A stretch of DNA of 63,683 nucleotides, counting the filler, from Octopus bimaculoides (Eukaryota), in NCBI RefSeq assembly GCF_001194135.2. It is 7 parts of 6 records of this genome, joined end to end, with 100 filler letters (N's around TTAATTAATTAA, not from the genome) between each part and the next. Parts side by side here need not be neighbours in the genome. Positions count along the whole stretch, not along the records: positions 28,756 to 45,204 come from NC_068984.1; positions 45,305 to 58,241 come from NC_069008.1; 5 more parts are not named here. One strand, written 5' to 3'. Below the pieces are notes generated by a model. It saw only the letters and a list, made by a program, of their open reading frames with translations, made no database searches and was not told the origin of the DNA. Positions 36,781 through 50,399 of the stretch are shown one piece after another (the first letter of the stretch is position 1; every line of letters begins with the position of its first letter). A program made the position numbers and the translations under genes.

Positions 36781-37141
36781 TTTGACAATAAATTTTAGTC
36801 ATATACTTAGATAATAATCAGCTTCGATAAGTGAAAAGTACGTAAGAAGGCTTAACTAAATATACTTATAACGAATCTTCCATGTTTTGTTTCTAAGCGA
36901 GTATTTTTTACTCTTAGCAAATGAGACGAGCGTCCTTGGCATTACAGTGGACTGCAAAGAAAAACACATGTACTGGTTACCAGGCAACAACAACACTCGA
37001 ATTTTCTAAATATCCTGTCCTTTCACAACCCACCCGCAGTTGTTCATGAAAGTGTGTGTGTGCATGTGTGTGTGTGCATGTGTGTGTGTGTGTGTGAACG
37101 CATGGGCATACGCAAATAAAAACGCATCTATCTATCTATCT

Positions 37142-38029
37142 GGGCGTCGACGAGTAATACCTGACCCGCCTGTTTAAGACGACCTTCGGACCGGGACCTA
37201 TGGACAACTTCCAGAGATCCCTGGCCTGGCAGTGTTATCGAGAAGCACTACCCGTTTGGGATAAGCTCTACAGGCATGGCGCGAGAAACACGGGGCCGAC
37301 CTGTCCGAGATGCCGGCAGAGCGACGAAACCGTTCTGCACGCACTCGTACAGTGTCCCACCATATCCGAGCTGTGGGCTTACGTCGAACAACTGCTATCG
37401 CGTGTGGGACGAGTCGGTCTATCAGCCGAGTCTATCGTGAATATTGTCGTGCCTCCTTCCTTTAAACGGGAAGGAAGAGCTATTTTCATCGTACTTGCGG
37501 CTATGGCGNNNNNNNNNNNNNNNNNNNNNNNNNNNNNNNNNNNNNNNNNNNNNNNNNNNNNNNNNNNNNNNNNNNNNNNNNNNNNNNNNNNNNNNNNNNN
37601 NNNNNNNNNNNNNNNNNNNNNNNNNNNNNNNNNNNNNNNNNNNNNNNNNNNNNNNNNNNNNNNNNNNNNNNNNNNNNNNNNNNNNNNNNNNNNNNNNNNN
37701 NNNNNNNNNNNNNNNNNNNNNNNNNNNNNNNNNNNNNNNNNNNNNNNNNNNNNNNNNNNNNNNNNNNNNNNNNNNNNNNNNNNNNNNNNNNNNNNNNNNN
37801 NNNNNNNNNNNNNNNNNNNNNNNNNNNNNNNNNNNNNNNNNNNNNNNNNNNNNNNNNNNNNNNNNNNNNNNNNNNNNNNNTTTTGATCCCTTTTGATCGA
37901 ACTACCCCCTTTTCCTTCCTACGATCCCTTTTGATCGACCCCCCCTTTTTTTTCCTTCCCCCTCCCAAAAAGAAAAGCTCTACATTGTATTTGTCCCATC
38001 TTCGTTGAGCCCTGTGTGGCTAATAAAAG
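37142..38029 (+). mobile_element. 5'-truncated Tx1/L1-clade LINE inserted in an (ATCT)n microsatellite
   Basis: Uninterrupted ORF with zf-RVT-type CPRC...ETVLHALVQC; AATAAA at 38022; apparent 22-bp TSD AAACG(C/T)(ATCT)4 at 37120-37141 and 38030-38051; middle hidden by a gap. Confidence 0.85.
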
Positions 38030-38034
38030 AAACG

Positions 38035-38069
<35 letters not shown>

Positions 38070-38219
38070 GTGTTTGTGTCTCTGAGTATCTGTTTAAGTG
38101 CTATCTCTATCTTTCTATTAATTTTAATATTAATATTTGGCAGACGTAACAGACGTAGCACTACGGCCGAAAGTCTCGTGCGTTAGCGCTTACCAACCTG
38201 TATCTTTAAGGTTATCTGT

Positions 38220-38465
38220 CTGTTTGCTCTCTCTCTCTTCTCTCTCTCTCTCTCTCTTTCCTCTCTCTCTCTCTACTTTCTCTCTCTCTCTCTCTTTCCT
38301 CTCTCTCTCTCTATTTTCTCTCTCTCTCTCTTCTCTCTCTTTTATCTCTCTCTCTCTCGCTCTCTTTTCTCTCTCTCTCTCTCTCTTTTCTCTCTCTTCC
38401 CGCTCTCTCTATCTCTTTTCTCTCTCTATCTCTTTTCTCTCTCTATCTCTTTTCTCTCTCTATCT

Positions 38466-38501
<36 letters not shown>

Positions 38502-38600
38502 GTCTCTCTTTTCTCTCTCTTCCCGCTCTCTCTCTCTCCCTCTCTTTCCCTATTTATCTATTTATCTACTTCTGTTGGTTTTTTTCTTATCTAATTACTG

Positions 38601-38650
<50 letters not shown>

Positions 38651-38678
38651 GTCTATCTATCTATCTATCTATCTATCC

Positions 38679-38713
<35 letters not shown>

Positions 38714-38720
38714 AATTTAT
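38220..38720. repeat. (TC)n, (TATC)n and (TGTC)n microsatellites
   Basis: Directly visible. Confidence 0.95.
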
Positions 38721-39010
38721 TTGCTTCTCTGTTTAACTATCTATCCACCCATCTATCCTTCATTCCTTACTCCTTCCTCCCCTTTCCCTCCTTCCATCCA
38801 TCCATCCATCCGTTCATACAATCATCCAGTCGTCCCTCCACGGCCTTCACATTTCTCGATAATTGCCATTAAACAATGATCAAATCGTGAAAAGGTTTTC
38901 TGTGTTTTTAATATTCTCTTGGTTATTTCTGCATATCGCTGTTTATGCGACTCTTTGAGGCAAACATGGACGAGATGAAACTTTGATTGGTGGATTATTG
39001 CAAACGTTAT

Positions 39011-39052
39011 GGGTTAGTGTTAGAGTTAGTGACAGGGTCAGGGTCAGGGTCA
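39011..39052 (+). repeat. Seven-unit degenerate hexamer ladder ending in (GGGTCA)3
   Basis: GGGTTA GTGTTA GAGTTA GTGACA GGGTCA GGGTCA GGGTCA. Confidence 0.85.
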
Positions 39053-39660
39053 GAATTACAGTTATTGCTCTGGCTGGTGATAGAGTTCTTAATAGTGTTG
39101 TCAGCTATGTGTGTGCGTATAAACGATGAGGTGGTGATAGTGTTAGCGTTGACGTTGAACGTTGGTGCTAGAAGACGTAGTAGAGATGTTACTGGCGGAG
39201 GCGAAGTAGTTGCCTTCGAAGAGAAACTGGTGTTTATGCTGATATGTGCAGAAGAAATGTAAGAAAAGTTTGAAACAAACATGGAAATGTAATAAAAAAA
39301 ACAGCAACCAAAATACTACAAAATAAAATAAATTATAACAAAGTTAACAAGGAAATAAAATATTAGATATGATATCGATTTGCCTGTTTATCTTCTTAGG
39401 AATATGGACACACACACACACACACACACACCCACACACACACACACACACGCATATACATACGCATAATCCAGTGAGTCATTGCACAATTTGTTGTTTG
39501 TTGTTGTTGTTGTTTGCGGAAAATTTAGTTGAGAATAGGATAATTAAGTTTAATTCCTTGTTTGCTTTCGTTCTTTTTAGCTTGCGTGTGTGCGTGTGTG
39601 CGTATGGGGTATTCATGCATGAGTTTATATGCATTTGAGTTATATGTGCATAAGTACACT

Positions 39661-39702
<42 letters not shown>

Positions 39703-39751
39703 GAGGAAATGTAAATGTCTGAGTGCGTATTAGTGCAAGTTTGCCTCTGTC

Positions 39752-39785
<34 letters not shown>

Positions 39786-39940
39786 GTGCTTGTGCGTGCT
39801 TGTGTGTGTTTTGTGTGTGCATGTATGTGCATTTGTGTCTGTGTTATAGTATTTGCGTGTATGCATGTTTGTGTGTATAAGTGTGGGTGCATTATTTGTG
39901 TGCATGTAACTGTTTGTATTTGCATGCGTGCTTGTACGTG

Positions 39941-39971
<31 letters not shown>

Positions 39972-40242
39972 GTGTGTGTGCGTGCGCGTGTGCTTGAAGA
40001 ATGACATTCAGTGGCTTGAGAAAAATACAAAATTAATGAAACTCGAAAAATCGTAACTGAGGGTAAATAGAATGAAAACGGAAAGAGATAGATAGGGACA
40101 GACAATGACAAACGGATAGATAGATAGATCGATAGATAGAGAGCTAGGAGGCAGAGAGACAGAAAAACTGAGTGGTAGAGAATGTCAAAGAGAAAGATAA
40201 TGGTGAGAGTGAAATTTAAAGCAAACGGAACGAATGAAATAA

Positions 40243-40455
40243 TCCGTTCTGCTATAGGAACAAGGCCTGGATATTCTAGGTAGGGAGACAGTCGTTCACA
40301 TCGTCCCCAGTACTCAACTGGTACTTAATTTATCAACCCCGAAAGGGATGAAAGACAAAGTCGACCTCGGCGGAATTTGAACTCTGAACATAGCGGTAGA
40401 CGAAATAGCGATAAGCATTTCGCCCGACTCGCTAACGATTCTGCTAGCTCACCGG
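40243..40455 (-). mobile_element. SINE family B
   Basis: AAAGTCGACCTCGGCGGAATTTGAACTC core in reverse orientation, with head and tail. Confidence 0.85.
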
Positions 40456-43400
40456 CTTAAGAACGAATGAAATAATGAAGAAAATAAAGGAAGGAAATTA
40501 GAAAGAAAGAAGGAAGTAAAAGGGAAAGAAACAAAGAAGTAAGGAAAGTAAGAATGAAGGAAGGAGAGAAGGAATAAAGGGAAGAAGGAAGAAAAGAAAG
40601 ATAGAAAGAAAGCAAGAAAGATAGAAAGAAAGAAAGAAAGAACGGAAGAATGAAACTAATACGAGTGACAGAAGGTTGAGAAATATGTGAGGTGAGTGTA
40701 CATTATTTGAATGAGGGATGAAAGATTTTGTGTGAATAGAAAAAGAAATAGTTTTAGGGAGAAACGCGTACACACAGACATACAGATGCACGCGCGCATG
40801 CACACACACAGACGTACTCAAAAACACACAGAGTAACACACAGATGCATACATGCACCCACAGTATGATAGATTGATAAATAGATCAAGTAAACAGATAG
40901 AAAGACGAAGATGTAAAGAAAAATAAGAGGAACAAGGAGTCAGCGCACTAGAGAAATATATAGAAATGTATATATAAGATAGGACAAATTGGAAGAGGGG
41001 AGAGAGAGAGAGAGAGGGGGTAGAGAGAGGGGGTAGAGAGAGGGGGGAGATAGAGAGAGGGAGATAGAGACATGCATGTGTGTGTATATATATGGATATA
41101 GATATAGATAGATAGATAGATAGATAGATATACATACATACATATATATATATGTATGTATGTATATATATATATGTATGTATGTATAAACATATATACA
41201 CATATACACACATATACATATATACATAAATACATATATATATATATGTATATATATAAACATATATACACATATACACACTTATACATATATACATAAA
41301 TACACATATATATGTATATATACATATATGTATATATANNNNNNNNNNNNNNNNNNNNNNNNNNNNNNNNNNNNNNNNNNNNNNNNNNNNNNNNNNNNNN
41401 NNNNNNNNNNNNNNNNNNNNNNNNNNNNNNNNNNNNNNNNNNNNNNNNNNNNNNNNNNNNNNNNNNNNNNNNNNNNNNNNNNNNNNNNNNNNNNNNNNNN
41501 NNNNNNNNNNNNNNNNNNNNNNNNNNNNNNNNNNNNNNNNNNNNNNNNNNNNNNNNNNNNNNNNNNNNNNNNNNNNNNNNNNNNNNNNNNNNNNNNNNNN
41601 NNNNNNNNNNNNNNNNNNNNNNNNNNNNNNNNNNNNNNNNNNNNNNNNNNNNNNNNNNNNNNNNNNNNNNNNNNNNNNNNNNNNNNNNNNNNNNNNNNNN
41701 NNNNNNNNNNNNNNNNNNNNNNNNNNNNNNNNNNNNNNNNNNNNNNNNNNNNNNNNNNNNNNNNNNNNNNNNNNNNNNNNNNNNNNNNNNNNNNNNNNNN
41801 NNNNNNNNNNNNNNNNNNNNNNNNNNNNNNNNNNNNNNNNNNNNNNNNNNNNNNNNNNNNNNNNNNNNNNNNNNNNNNNNNNNNNNNNNNNNNNNNNNNN
41901 NNNNNNNNNNNNNNNNNNNNNNNNNNNNNNNNNNNNNNNNNNNNNNNNNNNNNNNNNNNNNNNNNNNNNNNNNNNNNNNNNNNNNNNNNNNNNNNNNNNN
42001 NNNNNNNNNNNNNNNNNNNNNNNNNNNNNNNNNNNNNNNNNNNNNNNNNNNNNNNNNNNNNNNNNNNNNNNNNNNNNNNNNNNNNNNNNNNNNNNNNNNN
42101 NNNNNNNNNNNNNNNNNNNNNNNNNNNNNNNNNNNNNNNNNNNNNNNNNNNNNNNNNNNNNNNNNNNNNNNNNNNNNNNNNNNNNNNNNNNNNNNNNNNN
42201 NNNNNNNNNNNNNNNNNNNNNNNNNNNNNNNNNNNNNNNNNNNNNNNNNNNNNNNNNNNNNNNNNNNNNNNNNNNNNNNNNNNNNNNNNNNNNNNNNNNN
42301 NNNNNNNNNNNNNNNNNNNNNNNNNNTATATATATATATAAGTATAGATATATATGTATGTATATATACGTGTGTGCATATTTAAAACTCCCCTCTCGTA
42401 TGGGCTATGGTTTCTTACAATAAGACATGGAAATACACACATGCACATACATACACTCACATACGCACACATACACACACATACACAAAGTCACAAATAC
42501 ACACCCACCCACACATATATACATTTATATATTTATACTTATATATACGTATATACATGAGTGTGCATGTCTGTGTGTATGTGTGTGTGCGCGTGTGTGT
42601 GTATGTTTGTAAATACCTTTAGCAATAGATAAACATTGCTGAAGATCGATTTCCCTATGTACTCAGATATTTATTCCCAATACAAAACTATTTCAATGTT
42701 ATCAGCAATATACTTTCTCTCCAATACAGGAGTACACGTATTTATTCATTCTCCATTTGATTATTATGCTATCTTATTGTTTTGCAACAAAACTTCTTAT
42801 CTTTCCTTGATGTTTGCTCAATCTGAAACATAATATGTCTTTTTATGTAGAAAAAGCATATTGAACGAATAAACATTGTTCGTAGCTCAATATATGTATG
42901 ATGTATATTACTGTATGTAAGGGACTATATATTGCTGAATTTAATATATTTTTGCTAAGGGTCAGAGAGAAGAAACAAATGTTTGTGTAAAAGTGTTTAC
43001 TTTTGTCTTGACACTCACTGCAGTGGATTCCTGCCGTGTTAGACTTCACGTTTGATGTCTGTGGAATTGTTAAAATACGTTCTCATAATACACTGAGGTC
43101 GATTTATTTGATTCTATATTTACCGTACAAATAATGTCCATGCGTTTCTACAAGAAGCCATTGTATTTAAAAACCAGCGAAATGGCATAGACACGAATGC
43201 ACTAGACATAAACGCAAATAGTATGTAATTTCATCTTAATACATTCGAAATTCAAACTTTGAATTGGCATTCCATTCACTTGACTATACGTTACCCACAT
43301 CATAATTTGGCTGATATTTTTTGCATCGATCGATCACTTGGGGTTGGTAGTACATAATATTCTATCATTTTCCTTTTACTTTTAGCAGTAATTTTTTTCT

Positions 43401-45305
43401 TTTAAAAAAGGTCAAATATTTTATACTTCGAAACAAAAAGGTAATCAAGCACTAGAAATTCATTTCATTCGCAGAAATGAAACTTAATTTTAAACGTTTT
43501 AGTTTACCTATCTGTGGGTAATAAGAAATAACTATCCATTGTACAATAACCTTTTCTATTATAAAGTAATGGTTCTTAAACATTACGTTTAAGGTGTATT
43601 TAAATGCGTTTTGGAGTTTTGATAATATAATTTAGGACTTTAGAAAGACCCTATTAATGCTTAAGTGTCATGATAAACATGTTACCCATAATTTGTTGTT
43701 CACGAGCATAATTTACAAAACAAGATGCCTTTCTCCATATTTTTGCTTTTCTGTAAAACAGTTTTTTTAAATTAGAAATATTGCATTTCTGAACCTCTCA
43801 GAGATACTTATGCAGTACCAGCACAATAGAGGGATGGTTTGTTGCCAACTTAATGTGGCAGTGCCAGGAAATGGAAGAATGTCCAATTGGTTATATCACA
43901 CAAGCGTTTTTTTTTAATGTCTTTGTGAAATGTGCCATTAATCTTTTTGTAATCTTGAGAGTACCACAAATTTGGAAAAACAAAGAATAAAAACGAGAAC
44001 TACTGCTCTTTTGTTATAAACTGCTTCCCTCTAGTGGATACAAAGGGGGTTATTGAGTCCTTGACTGATGATATACGTTAAGTAACTCCAATTTACTGAT
44101 GTAAAGCAAGAAAACTTAATTAACAATGATCATTATCAAACAATACTGAGATCAATTCTTGCTACATATGGTAAACTATTTCAGTACTAAATTATTTATT
44201 CATGTATTCTTTGGATTTTGGGTGTTGCTTTCCAATATTTTATTCTGTGTCAGAATTCATTATATAGAAACATTCATTTGTAGATAAATATTAAAAGGAA
44301 TCCAGTGTACGACATTTTAGTATTTCATTTGCCTTTCTTGTGTGCGCTGCCTGCAATCTCTATAAATACTTCAAATATATAAATAGAAAGATTCACATCA
44401 TTACCAATCATCTGCCTTTACATGTTGGCTTCACCACACTATATCATATCCTACAATTTATGTTTCCTTTCCAGCATATCTAATGTATAATATATTTGTA
44501 ATTATCCGAAACCTTATTTCTACGTAGTCTTGAAAGCTATCTCCGTTTTAATATCTGATACGAGCTACACTTTGCTGATTACACTTGCTACTAACAAGTA
44601 TATATCAAATCAACATCTACTTTTCTATCTTCCTGAAATAACCGGAGGTGACAAGAGTATCTTAATTAATTGCTACGACTTCGAGAAGCCTTTATACAGT
44701 CAAACAATTTCGCAGCCATTTGTTATATTATTGCGTTAACATCGTGTGCTGTGCTCTTCCCAACTCATTCTCTTCTTATCGTGTTACTATTCCCATATGT
44801 CGTCATAAATGCATGTAATCTTAAGCCGTAGAACAGGAGACTGAAGTGTTGATAGTTCTTATATGTAACTTGCGTTATGTTGTGTCCAAATCAATTAATA
44901 CTTCTTGTATAATTGCATTTAGATATAAACACGGAAATTTGAATGGTATATGGTACACCTGTTGGTATTGGTTTAATTCTATGCCTGATTCCCAGTCATT
45001 AGGCATTATACGAATCTTTGAATAGAAGAGGTATAATTAGCTGAACTGACTCACTTGTTATCAGAATTCAATGTCATTTACGACTGGCTTTAAATAAGAA
45101 TTATTAATATAACACACACACACGTACGCGCGCACACACACGCACATCTAGCTATCGATATATGTGTGCGTGTGTGTGTGCGTGTGTGTGTGCGTGTATA
45201 TATANNNNNNNNNNNNNNNNNNNNNNNNNNNNNNNNNNNNNNNNNNNNTTAATTAATTAANNNNNNNNNNNNNNNNNNNNNNNNNNNNNNNNNNNNNNNN
45301 NNNNT

Positions 45306-45605
<300 letters not shown>

Positions 45606-45784
45606 TTAGTGTTAAATTATATATCAATGTCATTATAAACATATTTTTCACTCAACAATCATGTGTTTAATAATTTGTATGTGGTGGTGGTGGTGGTGTC
45701 AGGAGGAGGGGTATGATAGTGTTCTTTGGAATTGTACCAGCCTGTGTGTATGTGTATACACACACACACACACACACACATATA

Positions 45785-45960
45785 CCATCATCATTGTTTA
45801 ACATCCACCTTCTATGCTGGCATGGGTTGGATGGTTTGACAGGAGCTGACCAGGCAGAAGACTACCACTGGCGACTGTGTCTATTTTGGCAGGGTTTTCA
45901 TGGCTGGACAACCTTCCAAGCACCAACCAATCTGCAGAATGGGCTGAGTATTTTTTACGT
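45785..45960 (-). mobile_element. 3' part of the (GAT)n-tailed dispersed repeat also at 49940-50370 and 47146-47195
   Basis: Reverse complement of CCAACCCATGCCAGCATAGAAGGTGGATGTTAAACAATGATGATG. Confidence 0.65.
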
Positions 45961-46045
45961 CGTACCAGCACAGGTGGGGGGCAGTTTTGGCATGGTTTTT
46001 ACAGTATAAACACACAAATACATATCTATATACACATATTTTCGC

Positions 46046-46079
<34 letters not shown>

Positions 46080-47645
46080 NNNNNNNNNNNNNNNNNNNNN
46101 NNNNNNNNNNNNNNNNNNNNNNNNNNNNNNNNNNNNNNNNNNNNNNNNNNNNNNNNNNNNNNNNNNNNNNNNNNNNNNNNNNNNNNNNNNNNNNNNNNNN
46201 NNNNNNNNNNNNNNNNNNNNNNNNNNNNNNNNNNNNNNNNNNNNNNNNNNNNNNNNNNNNNNNNNNNNNNNNNNNNNNNNNNNNNNNNNNNNNNNNNNNN
46301 NNNNNNNNNNNNNNNNNNNNNNNNNNNNNNNNNNNNNNNNNNNNNNNNNNNNNNNNNNNNNNNNNNNNNNNNNNNNNNNNNNNNNNNNNNNNNNNNNNNN
46401 NNNNNNNNNNNNNNNNNNNNNNNNNNNNNNNNNNNNNNNNNNNNNNNNNNNNNNNNNNNNNNNNNNNNNNNNNNNNNNNNNNNNNNNNNNNNNNNNNNNN
46501 NNNNNNNNNNNNNNNNNNNNNNNNNNNNNNNNNNNNNNNNNNNNNNNNNNNNNNNNNCATATATATATATATATATATATATAATAATAATAATACAAAG
46601 GATATATAAGCATATGCATGTATACACACATATATGTACATACTTACATCTACATGTGTATATAGATGCATATTCGGGTACAGAATGTTAGAAAAATGAA
46701 CTACAGACAATGAAACAAACAAGCCACTTGGAATTATTCCTTCATCAGCTGCCTCTATTCTAAACTAGGCGTTTCGAAGATAAGGCAGGATGCACTCTTA
46801 GAATAGTTTCATCCTGAGTAGTGGATTAACCCATTAAACAGAGGATTCCAAGGTAGCAAACACAAACCAAGAGAGGAAAACAACATTAAAAAGTCGGATA
46901 TTGAATGCTAGTGATATGACGAAGCTGGACAGAGAAAAAGCAGATATATGGCTAACTGTTATCAAACAGAAACTAAACAAAGAAATGCGTGAACCTATGA
47001 TCTTCCAAGTCCTAGGTGACATTTTGCCTGTAGAGAGTTTAAATTTTAGATATCGGGCAAACCCTTAAACGAAAAAGTCCTTAGTATTCAAAACCTTTTC
47101 TGAAATTTTATGTACACATGTGTGTGTGTCTGTGTGTATGTATGTATCATCATCATCATCATTGTTTAACGTCCGCTTTCCATGCTACCATGGGNNNNNN
47201 NNNNATATATATATATAAAGGCTGTTATCCAGTATGGTTAAAACAACGCCTAAATTACATGAATTGTCATGAATAGACAGAATTGCTATACTAATTAAGA
47301 GAGTAACATTCAAACCGTTGATTATCTAGAAACGTATTTTAAATCACAAAGCGCCACCTATTATACACTTAAATTAACAGTTAGTTTGTGGAGTCTACTC
47401 GAAACATTAACTGACAATTAAGTAATTATCCTTTTACCAATTTACTAATGACAATAATTGGACAGCGACCATGCTGGGGCATTGACTTCAAAGGAATTCT
47501 CTTTTTAGTTGATTATATGAACCACAGTACATTTTTCTTCATAAAAGCTAAGGGGGGGGGGGTCGCAAAGCAATAAATTGGCAGGAGCCTTAGAGTCTTG
47601 GAGAAAATGTCCTGTGATATTTGGGTTGGTTCTTTGCATTCAGGG

Positions 47646-48716
47646 TCCACATCCTGATCAAATCCAGCGTCAGGTTTGCTTCTTCGTCCTTCCAGGGTTG
47701 GTTAAAGAGAAGAAAAATAAAGTACCAGTCCAGGACAGTGGTACTTTGCAGAGTTACAAGAAATGCGAGACAAAACCCTTCACTGTGGAAATGTTGTCCA
47801 TTTGTAATGACCCTGGCGCAAAAACTATATTGGCCTTCACTTTTCTCTTGTGTAACAATGGTAGCACGAGGAAAAGATATTTCACACTGGTCTTCTATCA
47901 TCATCATCATCATCATNNNNNNNNNNNNNNNNNNNNNNNNNNNNNNNNNNNNNNNNNNNNNNNNNNNNNNNNNNNNNNNNNNNNNNNNNNNNNNNNNNNN
48001 NNNNNNNNNNNNNNNNNNNNNNNNNNNNNNNNNNNNNNNNNNNNNNNNNNNNNNNNNNNNNNNNNNNNNNNNNNNNNNNNNNNNNNNNNNNNNNNNNNNN
48101 NNNNNNNNNNNNNNNNNNNNNNNNNNNNNNNNNNNNNNNNNNNNNNNNNNNNNNNNNNNNNNNNNNNNNNNNNNNNNNNNNNNNNNNNNNNNNNNNNNNN
48201 NNNNNNNNNNNNNNNNNNNNNNNNNNNNNNNNNNNNNNNNNNNNNNNNNNNNNNNNNNNNNNNNNNNNNNNNNNNNNNNNNNNNNNNNNNNNNNNNNNNN
48301 NNNNNNNNNNNNNNNNNNNNNNNNNNNNNNNNNNNNNNNNNNNNNNNNNNNNNNNNNNNNNNNNNNNNNNNNNNNNNNNNNNNNNNNNNNNNNNNNNNNN
48401 NNNNNNNNNNNNNNNNNNNNNNNNNNNNNNNNNNNNNNNNNNNNNNTCCACATCCTGATCAAATCCAGCGTCAGGTTTGCTTCTTCGTCCTTCCAGGGTT
48501 GGTTAAAGAGAAGAAAAATAAAGTACCAGTCCAGGACAGTGGTACTTTGCAGAGTTACAAGAAATGCGAGACAAAACCCTTCACTGTGGAAATGTTGTCC
48601 ATTTGTAATGACCCTGGCGCAAAAACTATATTGGCCTTCACTTTTCTCTTGTGTAACAATGGTAGCACGAGGAAAAGATATTTCACACTGGTCTTCTATC
48701 ATCATCATCATCATCA
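47646..48716. other. Identical ~270-bp sequence on both sides of a gap (47646-47916 = 48447-48716); likely an unmerged contig overlap
   Basis: No differences spotted; both copies end in the same (CAT)n run. Confidence 0.85.
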
Positions 48717-49557
48717 TTTTTAACATCCTTTCTTCCATGATTTGCAAGCATTGGCCAGAGATTATAGAGGCAATTTTTCTAAGGCCAGATGCCCTTTCTG
48801 TTACCAACCTTGACCAGTTTCCAAACAAAATAATACCTCCCCTATGGCCAGGCATGCTTCCACAGAATATTGGAAATATATGACACTGTTTATATGATAG
48901 TAACAATCCTCATACAACTAGTGCGTAATGTAAAAACAAAGAGTTTCACACACACACACACACACACACATATATAATATACATATATGACAGGCTTCTT
49001 CGGCTGATCGTATCATCTGCAGCCCTTGTTGTTGTAACCAACAAAGGATCAGGCCGGGCAACCAATACTTTGTGAGCAGATCTGGGAGATGGAAACTGTA
49101 TGAAAGCCCATTGTATGCGGGGGTGGGGGTGAATATTTACATTTTGTGCTTTGCAAGAAAGCACTGAGCCAAAAACAATGTTGTTTACGGACAAGCCCTA
49201 TCACAAAAATCACTCTACAGCTCAGCATTTTCAAAGATTAACCCTTTAGCATTTGACCCAGCCATATCCAATCCAAATATTTTGTTTTACACTAAAGCTG
49301 GCCATATCTATATATATTGCAAAAGGTCTGGCTGGTGGCCCAGCCTTCCGGGTTCCTTTACAGGGCTTAGAAAATATGAAGGACTGCTGCAATAAGTGTG
49401 TGAATCTGAGAGGGGAATATGTTGGATAAAATTATGATCTACCGATTCTCCAGTACTTCCTTTTACCCAAAGCCAGGAACTAATCAGCGCCTCCTTGTAA
49501 AACAGTTAGGTATGATTTGAGGGAGATTTAGGCTAATCTTTCCAACAGGCCATGTGA

Positions 49558-49593
<36 letters not shown>

Positions 49594-49939
49594 GCTCGCT
49601 CTTTCTCTGGATCGATAAGCTGAGTTTCAGCCAATTACTTTAAAAAACAAATAAATAAATAAATAAAAATAAATTAAAATACTGTTGCTGTTATTTTTTT
49701 TTTGCTTGGATTGTTTTATATTTATGTATTCTTCTTTTAACTTTGAACAAAAAAACAGTGACATCTGCTTTCTGGTTTTGTTACGTGTTAAAAACCTCAC
49801 TGGGAGCTATGTTACAAATAATGTACATGAAAAAAGTAACACACAATTTAATGAGTTTCTACAAATGTAGCATGGCCTGTCAAAAATAATAGCCAAATCT
49901 CCCTCAAATCACACACTTCTGTCTTAAGTGTGTATATAT

Positions 49940-50370
49940 TTATGGATAGACCTTTGGAAATGTGCTGTGCGTGAGAAGACCCGGCAAGCCAAGTAAGATC
50001 GTTGCCAGTGCCCCTGGACTGGTTCTTGTGCGGGTGGCACATGAGATGCACCATTTTGAGCGTGGCCGTTGCCAGTACCGCCTGACTGGCTCCTGTAGGA
50101 TTTTCGAGCGAGATCATTGCCAGTCCCCCGGGACTGGCTTGTGCGGGTGGCACATAAAAGACACCATTTCGAGAGTGGCCGTTTTCGTGCGGGTGACACG
50201 TAAAAGCACCCACTACACTCTCTGAGTGGTTGGCGTTAGGAAGGGCATCCAGCTGTAGAAACTCTGCCAAATCAGACTGGAGCCTGGTGTTGCCATCCGG
50301 TTTCACCAGTCCTCAGTCAAATCGTCCAACCCATGCTAGCATGGAAAGCGGACGTTAAACGATGATGATG
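49940..50370 (+). mobile_element. (GAT)n-tailed dispersed repeat (SINE-like) with internal repeated hairpin modules
   Basis: Three (G)CCAGT-N8-ACTGG(C) hairpins; 3' end GAGTGGTTGGCGTTAGGAAGGGCATCCAGC...GTTAAACGATGATGATG shared with other copies. Confidence 0.75.
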
Positions 50371-50399
50371 AGCTAATAAGGGAGACTTCCAAATGCTAA

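Noticed and set aside
46725-47075. Minus-strand GGCAGCTGATGAAGGAA and CGAAACGCC motifs next to a plus-strand open frame of about 75 codons
   Set aside because: Motifs are in the wrong order for a complete hammerhead and the peptide is unrecognised; possibly a PLE relic but unsupported.
47578-48906. Apparent tandemly duplicated coding domain in ORFs 47578-48723 and 47590-48906
   Set aside because: Identical gap-flanking sequence, most likely an unmerged overlap; the peptide has no recognisable homology.
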